32,000 nucleotides of DNA from assembly GCA_030429145.1 (NCBI GenBank), contig JAUIDC010000001.1, forward strand, positions 810,001-842,000, read 5' to 3'. The stretch comes from Candidatus Saccharimonadota bacterium (GTDB lineage: Bacteria; Patescibacteriota; Gracilibacteria; Absconditabacterales; Absconditicoccaceae). Shown here piece by piece: positions 26,326 to 32,000 of the stretch. Each line of letters begins with the position of its first letter. Positions within the stretch are counted from its first letter, which is position 1. The position numbers were made by a program, and so were the translations under genes. The notes below the pieces were generated by a model that worked only from the letters and a program-made list of their open reading frames with translations, did not search any database and had not been told where the DNA came from.

Positions 26326-27352
26326 ATTGTTCATATCTGATATACGTACTTCACTCTGATCTTTTTTCTAATATTTTTCTTTTGTCCCCTTTTTTATAAT
26401 GAATGGCCTCGTAGGCAAAGTGTGTCTCATAGTTGAGCCCTGCAACCTGTAAAAGGTTGTGTAGTTGCGTCAGTATCCCTGCCTTTGCGAGAGAAAGAGA
26501 TATATGCTCAATAGTGTTTTGATCTCCATGTTTTGTTGATCTTGTCTTGGCAATGGTTACCGACTTCATGATACCATCTTTCTTATCATAATGTTCCCCA
26601 ATGATCAATTTACCATTTGAGTCATCTGAGGTGTCATTGTAAATGTAATTAACAATATACTCCTCTTCTATCTTATTTTCTCCCGGCTCTTTACCGTTCC
26701 ATGGCTCGCGCAACATCACCTTACCATCTTTTTCTAGGATGTCATAGTAGTTATGAATCACCAAGTCTGCCTTTTCTTGTTGATGTCTACCAAAAATATT
26801 CCACATTGGATAGACATTATTGAGTGCTCCTACTACCATATAGAGAGGCTCTCCTACTCTACCTGGATCTCTCAGGAGACGTCTTATCACAAGATCTTCT
26901 TCAGGAGCAGTTACATAAATTTTAAATGGATTGTGCTTATCGGTCAGTTTTGTAATAGTGTAGAGTCATTCTATGATAATATAGTCATAATGCCCACTAA
27001 GTGTGATAGCAATATCTCTCTTACTTTCCTTGAAATTGTAGGTAGGCATATCAAATGTCTGCTTGTGCATATACTGGTCTATATGCTTGTCCAATAGCTC
27101 ATACTCGATAAGGTCAGGATGGTCGAATGTTCCATACAGTACGGCTTTCAACCAAGTATCATCTCTATAGTAGTTGTCTGAGCTGACAGTGAGTACTTTT
27201 TTGCCTCTCTTTTCCAGTTCTTTCGCTATGATCTGTGCTATATAGGACTTTCCTGATGCAGATGCTCCTGCAACGAAAATAAGCTTCTTACCTGAAGAAG
27301 TAATCTCACTTAAGATGCCGTCCATGTTGTTCACCGATAGGGTGTTTTGCAT
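26324..27352 (-). CDS. uridine kinase-family nucleoside kinase with extra C-terminal domain
   Basis: Track ORFs 26351..26890 and 26966..27475 are one frame, joined through TGA 26966-26968 (IIIE[G]LY) and running past TGA 26351-26353 to TAA 26324-26326. Start at ATG 27350-27352 (MQNTLSV), just downstream of a promoter. Motifs: P-loop FVAGASASGKS, DNYY, FDHPD, PTYNFKESKR, VIRRLLRDPGRVGEP. About 160 aa at the C-terminus have no family I recognise. Confidence 0.68.
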
Positions 27353-27381
27353 TATGTTTCTGAGAGAGTTAAATACAGTAT

Positions 27382-27410
27382 AATTATACGGAAAAAGTAC
27401 TATTTGAGCA
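27382..27410 (-). promoter_or_regulatory. sigma-70-type promoter candidate
   Basis: Reverse strand: TTGCTC (27405-27410), 17-nt spacer, TATAAT (27382-27387). About 30 nt upstream of ATG 27352. Confidence 0.45.
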
Positions 27411-27420
27411 AATTTTAGCA

Positions 27421-27449
27421 TAGAAAAAAGCCCCCCGTCTATAACGAGG
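27421..27449 (-). terminator. rho-independent terminator
   Basis: Reverse strand: CCCTCGT (27443-27449), loop TATAG, ACGGGGG (27431-37), giving 7 bp with one G-U pair, then GCTTTTTTCT. Confidence 0.6.
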
Positions 27450-27705
27450 GACTTCGTGCCTATGATGCTTCTCAAGACGCATCACATACTCTTTGCATAG
27501 GGAGATCCCCTACATTTACTAGCTTTTTTCATAGCCTTTCTTCACTTTTGAGGCTATTTGGCTGCGTCTCTTTCGCATGAGCAGCCACCGGCCGGTGTTT
27601 TACAATACTAAGATGATTTTTGCTCCTTTGGAACGAGGATCAATGTGTGTGCCTTTCGGCGGTGCATGTACTTTTTTCATATTGTCTTTATGTTAGTGTA
27701 CTAGA

Positions 27706-27733
27706 AATCTTAGTCCAAAAAGTGGAAATGTCA
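27706..27733 (-). promoter_or_regulatory. sigma-70-type promoter candidate for an orphan ~275-nt unit
   Basis: Reverse strand: TTGACA (27728-27733), 16-nt spacer, TAAGAT (27706-27711). The -35 hexamer sits in the loop of a weak AAAAGTG/CACTTTT hairpin (27717-27740) just downstream of aspS. Confidence 0.4.
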
Positions 27734-27765
27734 ACACTTTTTATATGAAATATATCTCACTAGAT

Positions 27766-29076
27766 TTACGGCGTAATTCTACCAGTATCCCTTGGGAAGA
27801 GCTCTGCGTCTTTGACGTTTTCAAGACCGATAAGTTTTTGGACAAATCTTGCGATACCAAATCCTCGGCCTCCTGTATCGGCCATACCATATTTAAATGC
27901 ATCTAAGTAGTGCTTGAGTCCTGGATTGTTTGGATCAAGGTCTCTGTCTTTGATCTGTTGGATAAGCTTGTCATAGTTCACTTCACGCTGTGTGATAGTA
28001 GCTAGTTCTACTCCTCTAAAGAGTAGGTCAGCTCTGTCTGTTACTTCCGGATTTTCTGTATTTTGGTGGTGGTAAAACTTAGCGTCAGACCATGGAAACT
28101 CTGTCACAAAAACAGCTTCTGAACCCCAGTTCTTTGCACTGTACTCGCAGATAAATCTCTCCTCTGCTGGTACAACATCGAGCTCTTTTGTGTAGTCTTC
28201 TCCTGTTTCTTTGAGCATCAACTCATGAAGTTCTTTCACGGTGATACGAGGAAATTTCTCTGAAAGGAGTGGCTTTGTTGCTCCAAGAGCTTCCAGCTGA
28301 CCACCTGCCTTTTCCCATGTTTTTGTGATCACATACTGCAAAAACTGTTCAGCAAGTTCGAGCACCTGCTCCACATTATCGATAAATCAGGTCTCCACAT
28401 CAAGCATCAGTATCTCTGACATATGTCTGGAAGTATTTGACTTCTCTGCTCTGTATGCCCTTCCTATCTCATAGACTCTTTCAAAGATGGCTGACATAAT
28501 CTGCTTATAAAACTGAGGGCTCTGAGCAAGATATGCCTCTCTGTCAAAATAGTCTACCTTGAAGACCTCTGCTCCTCCTTCTGTCGGAAATGCAATAATC
28601 TTCGGCGTGTTAATCTGCGTAAAGTCATGATTGTCAAAGAACTCTCTCATATATTTCTCTGCTACTGCCGCAACCTTGAAAATTCTCATCTGTCTTGGAT
28701 GACGTAGCGCAACGACTTTATTGTCATGAATGGTCTCCATGTCAGCATGAATATCCTCTTTTGAGATATCTATTGGTGAGGGATGTGATATAGCTCTAAT
28801 GACTTCAACACTTTCTCCACCTATCTCAAATCCAAACTTAGTCTTTGGAGCTTCTTTCACTGTTCCTTGTATACGCAAAACAGTACCCATCAGGCAACCA
28901 TCCAATTTACTAATCTCCTCCTCTCCTTCTAACACTACTTGCATGAGACCTTGTCTATCTCTCATGATCACAAAGGCCAATTTTCATCAAACCAATCTTA
29001 TCGTGTGTAGCCAACCTCTCACGGTTGCTTGCTCTCCTACATGATTTTTTAACTCTCCTGATAGTACTGTTGTCAT
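27766..29076 (-). CDS. aspS: aspartate--tRNA ligase (archaeal/eukaryotic-type, ~436 aa)
   Basis: Track ORFs 27766..28374 and 28387..28980 are one frame, extended to ATG 29074-29076 through 3 TGA (IRLV[G][G]KLAF and DVET[G]FI). Motifs: TVRGWLHTIR...FVIMRDRQG (OB fold), FRAE-type motif 2 YRAEKSNTSRHMSEILMLDVE, motif 3 GRGFGIARFV. The lD.E signature favours AspRS over AsnRS. Confidence 0.82.
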
Positions 29077-29107
29077 CACTATATGCTCAAATATTTAGAT
29101 ATAAATA

Positions 29108-29452
29108 CTATTTGTCGTACTTTGTATTTTTTCTCAATTTTCTTCTTCCCCAACCAGAGAGTTGTACCTCTACAAAATCTCCTGCACCAGAAGGCTTTTT
29201 GATATATCTCCATCCGTCTGGATCGACACGTAGTCTCGTCTCCCAACAGATTTTTCTTCCTCTCAAAAACCAATGATATTTGTGCCCTTTCGGATTCGCT
29301 TGCACACCAACGACTCCCCACTCTTTTGCCTCTTCGAGTGAGAGCTTTCTTTTTGGATAGTCAAAACGACGCTGTCCCTTAGAACGAGCAGCTTGCTTTT
29401 GGAGCTGTGCTTTCTTCTGTGCTATTCCGCGTTTATTCGTCCTTGATGCCAT
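29108..29452 (-). CDS. hypothetical highly basic protein (114 aa)
   Basis: Uninterrupted ORF directly upstream of aspS on the same strand (MASRTNKRGIAQKKAQLQKQAARSKGQRRF...GWGRRKLRKNTKYDK). No family recognised. Confidence 0.6.
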   Translation of the reverse strand: MASRTNKRGIAQKKAQLQKQAARSKGQRRFDYPKRKLSLEEAKEWGVVGVQANPKGHKYHWFLRGRKICWETRLRVDPDGWRYIKKPSGAGDFVEVQLSGWGRRKLRKNTKYDK

Positions 29453-29585
29453 AAAAACTTAATTCATTCATATACAATAAAATCACTAACAGACCAATAT
29501 ATACGGAAAAAATAGCTTGTTTCAATTGTAAATATCGGTATACCCTTTTCGTTATTATTTTATTACTCAAGGAGAAAAGCAAAAA

Positions 29586-30227
29586 ATGAAAGATATCATA
29601 ATCGCAGGAATTGCCTGATCAGGAAAAGGGACACAGGCAAGAGCTCTTGAAGAGAAATTTGGAGATCAAGTACAGTATTTTGAACCAGGCGCAGTGCTTC
29701 GTGCGCTTAGCAGCAATGATAATATAGTAGGAAATTATGCAAAGACATATACTAGCAATGGTTTGTTACTTCCTGACGCATTTATGGGATCGGTGTTAAG
29801 CCTTGTGTTTGCGTCACTACACCAAGGGAATAGATTGTTAGTCGATGGTTTTCCAAGAATGCATTCGCAGAAAAAGATATTTGATGATGCAATGAGTGCG
29901 TGAGGAAGAGAGTTTGTTGTTTTTCATTTAGTGATAGATGAGGATGAGGCAGTAAGTAGACTGCAAAGAAGGATGTTCTGCCCAAGCTGTGGGACGACCT
30001 ACAATGAACTTTTGCATGGCGAGATAAAATATTGTCCGCAGGATAGTACACTTCTGAAAAGACGTACTGATGATATGTCTATGGAGGCGATTCAGGCAAG
30101 ATTTGATGCCTTCTATAAGGAGACAAAACCTATCCTCGATGAGTATAAAACTGAAGGTAGACTCATAGAAATCAATGGTCAGCAACCTGTAGAGGCTGTT
30201 ACGCTCGAAATACTCTCACACCTGTAG
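29586..30227 (+). CDS. adk: adenylate kinase
   Basis: ATG 29586 preceded by AAGGAG. Track pieces 29694..29903 and 29931..30227 are in frame and join through 2 TGA. Motifs: P-loop IIIAGIA[G]SGKGTQA (TGA 29616-29618), LVDGFPR, zinc-lid-like CPSCG...YCPQD. 213 aa. Confidence 0.9.
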
Positions 30228-30279
30228 TATTGAAAAACGCTTAGGGATTCTTATAACTGATAGCATAGTTTATGTCATA

Positions 30280-30969
30280 ATGTTATCAGTCATGCAAAGT
30301 TATATGCCGCAAATCGATCCAAGAGATTTATGCTCCGCGCTGAGACTATGCAGTGTCAGACAGTACGGAGACAAATACTACGTTGCCGTCAAGAGACTCG
30401 ATGGCAGCATGACTGAGATACCATTTGACGAGATAGCGAATGCAGACAGCTATGAAGGCAAAACAATTAAGAGAATTTACGGCTCATGACATGTCTTCTT
30501 CAATGAAGACCGCACAAAGATATTCTTAGTGACTGTAGAAAAAGGTGACAATAAACAGGTGCAATTTACTGGAGGCTCTCCTTTGGAAGAGACTCACCAA
30601 CAGGTGGTATATAAGATAGGAAGAGAGGTGAAATTTTACCTTTCGAAGGTAGAAGAAAATGCAATTGCTCGTACAAAAAACAGAACGGGTGTCGAAGTGA
30701 TTGATCACTATAACGAAACTCCTCTCGTTGACTGGGCATTGATGGAAAGCACTGATGATGAGGGCAATAGCTACTGGAAACTCGTCTGCCTCCTTCATTA
30801 TATCGTGAAGAAATCTTCAGGGAGACTGAAGGCACAAAAAGGCATGGAAAATGTGACTGAAGGAGGACGATACGATGTTGATGCAATTCTTTCATGAAGA
30901 ATCCCACATATCGCACCCAATGCTAAACTCATCGTGATGAAATCATTTGAAGTAATGATGGGTGGATAA
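30280..30969 (+). CDS. hypothetical protein (229 aa)
   Basis: Track ORFs 30280..30489 and 30529..30897 are in frame and join through 2 TGA to TAA 30967-30969. No family recognised. Confidence 0.6.
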
Positions 30970-31007
30970 AAGTAAGTATATTTATTTATTGAATGAGATA
31001 ATCTCAT

Positions 31008-32000
31008 ATGAGTGAACAAAGATTTGGACTGGATAATATCGTAGCATGGGCTAAAAGAAAATGATTTGTCTATCCAGGATCTGATATATACGGCGGCCTC
31101 GCTAATGCATGGGATTACGGTCCATATGGTTCACGGCTCAAGAAAAACATCTCTGATGCTCGATGGAAGTTTTTCGTCACAGAAAGAGATGACATGGTAG
31201 CTTTTGATACAGCTATCCTTGCTCATCCACAAACATGGGTTGCCAGTGGTCATGTTGGTACATTTGGTGATTTTCTTATAGATGACAAAAAGACCGGCCA
31301 GAGATTTAGACCTGATAAGTTAATTGAGGATCATATTGCTGTCCATGGAGTTACAAGAGAACAAGTAAAAGAAAAATATGGCGTGGATAATCTTATTCCC
31401 GAGTCTTGGGGTGCAGAAAAAATGCATGAGTATATTATCAAGGAAGGGATTAAAAATCCTGATGCTAAAAAAGATGCTGACTGGACACAAATTAGAAAGT
31501 TCAATCTGATGCTAGAAACTCACTTAGGTGTAATAGCTGATGAGTCTTCTAGAGTCTATCTTCGTCCTGAGACATGTCAGTCACTCTTTACCAATTTTAG
31601 AAATCTTTGTGATACGACGAGAGTGCGCATACCATTTGGTATGGCACAGATTGGTAAATCATTTAGAAATGAGATTACTCCCGGACAGTTTCTCTATAGA
31701 ACAAGAGAGTTTGATCAGATGGAAATTGAGTATTTTGTAGAAAATAAAGAAGAAAAAGCACAAGAGGCATTTGACATGTGGAAGGACCTTTCGATGCACT
31801 TCTGGAAAAATATTGTACAATTGAAAGATGATAATCTTCGTTTCCGTGAACATGAACAAGACGAGCTTTCACACTACTCTCGCGGTACATTTGATGTAGA
31901 GTATAACTATCCATGGGGATGGGGTGAGCTACAAGGTATTGCAAACAGAGGTGACTTTGATCTCACGCAACATCAAAAAACATCAGGGAAAGATCTACAA
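31008..32000 (+). CDS. glyQS: glycine--tRNA ligase (dimeric GlyQS type), 5' part; continues beyond the window
   Basis: Absent from the track, presumably because it has no stop inside the window. ATG 31008, one in-frame TGA (AKRK[G]FVYPGSDIYGGL). Motifs: NAWDYGPYG, WVASGHVGTFGD, LRPETCQSLFTNF, IPFGMAQIGKSFRNEITPG, FLYRTREFDQMEIEYF, GELQGIANRGDFDL. Confidence 0.92.

Noticed and set aside
27353-27526. Under table 25 the kinase ORF could extend upstream to an ATG near 27526, adding about 58 aa.
   Set aside because: The extension would read straight through a strong terminator hairpin plus T-run (27421-27449) and through the TTGCTC-17-TATAAT promoter. The added sequence has no kinase-family features, so the start at 27352 is preferred.
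27559-27585. An SRP-RNA-like string on the minus strand (GCGAAAGAGACGCAGCCAAA versus the 4.5S motif GGAAGGAAGCAGCCAAGG).
   Set aside because: The distal stem and the symmetric-loop geometry of SRP helix 8 cannot be formed. Only a 6-bp stem with a 15-nt loop is possible, so the similarity is limited to GCAGCCAA.
1-32000. An alternative recoding, UGA = Trp (table 4, Mycoplasma-like).
   Set aside because: The TGA positions correspond to invariant Gly (P-loops, RQEGRGIGL, GPRGG, GxGxG of the MTase), not to Trp positions. Trp is encoded by TGG throughout, for example DTWFSS and WWGH.

Overview
AT-rich, gene-dense chromosomal segment that only makes sense under translation table 25 (UGA = glycine), the code known from Gracilibacteria and Absconditabacteria/SR1 (CPR/Patescibacteria). 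Dozens of in-frame TGA codons fall at invariant glycine positions: the P-loops of MiaA and Adk, YLRQEGRGIGL of GTP cyclohydrolase II, and THKTLRGPRGG of SHMT. The standard-code ORF track therefore fragments most genes and misses a 660-codon gene at 8105..10087 entirely. Read with UGA=Gly, the window holds about 38 CDS. Housekeeping genes: lysS, miaA, Fe/Mn SOD, map, dut, valS, glyA, hemW, aspS, adk, glyQS (partial). Also present: three paralogous type IV pilin-like genes, a secreted GH26-like hydrolase preceded by two membrane proteins, SanA/DUF218, DUF4105, Memo-like and uridine-kinase-like proteins, a wHTH protein, and about 12 hypotheticals. I recognised no rRNA, tRNA, CRISPR array, transposase or integrase. 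Main points of interest: (1) the recoding itself; (2) the hidden fusion of GTP cyclohydrolase II, a TrpF/PRAI-like barrel and an amino-methyltransferase, with no riboflavin genes nearby; (3) a nearby protein resembling the aGPT-Pplase/5-hmdU-kinase-helical DNA hypermodification family; (4) a uvrB reduced to its C-terminal half; (5) a tandem duplication of a complete promoter-gene-terminator unit; (6) an orphan promoter-to-terminator unit of about 275 nt with no convincing ORF. All family calls are motif recognition by eye and no searches were run.
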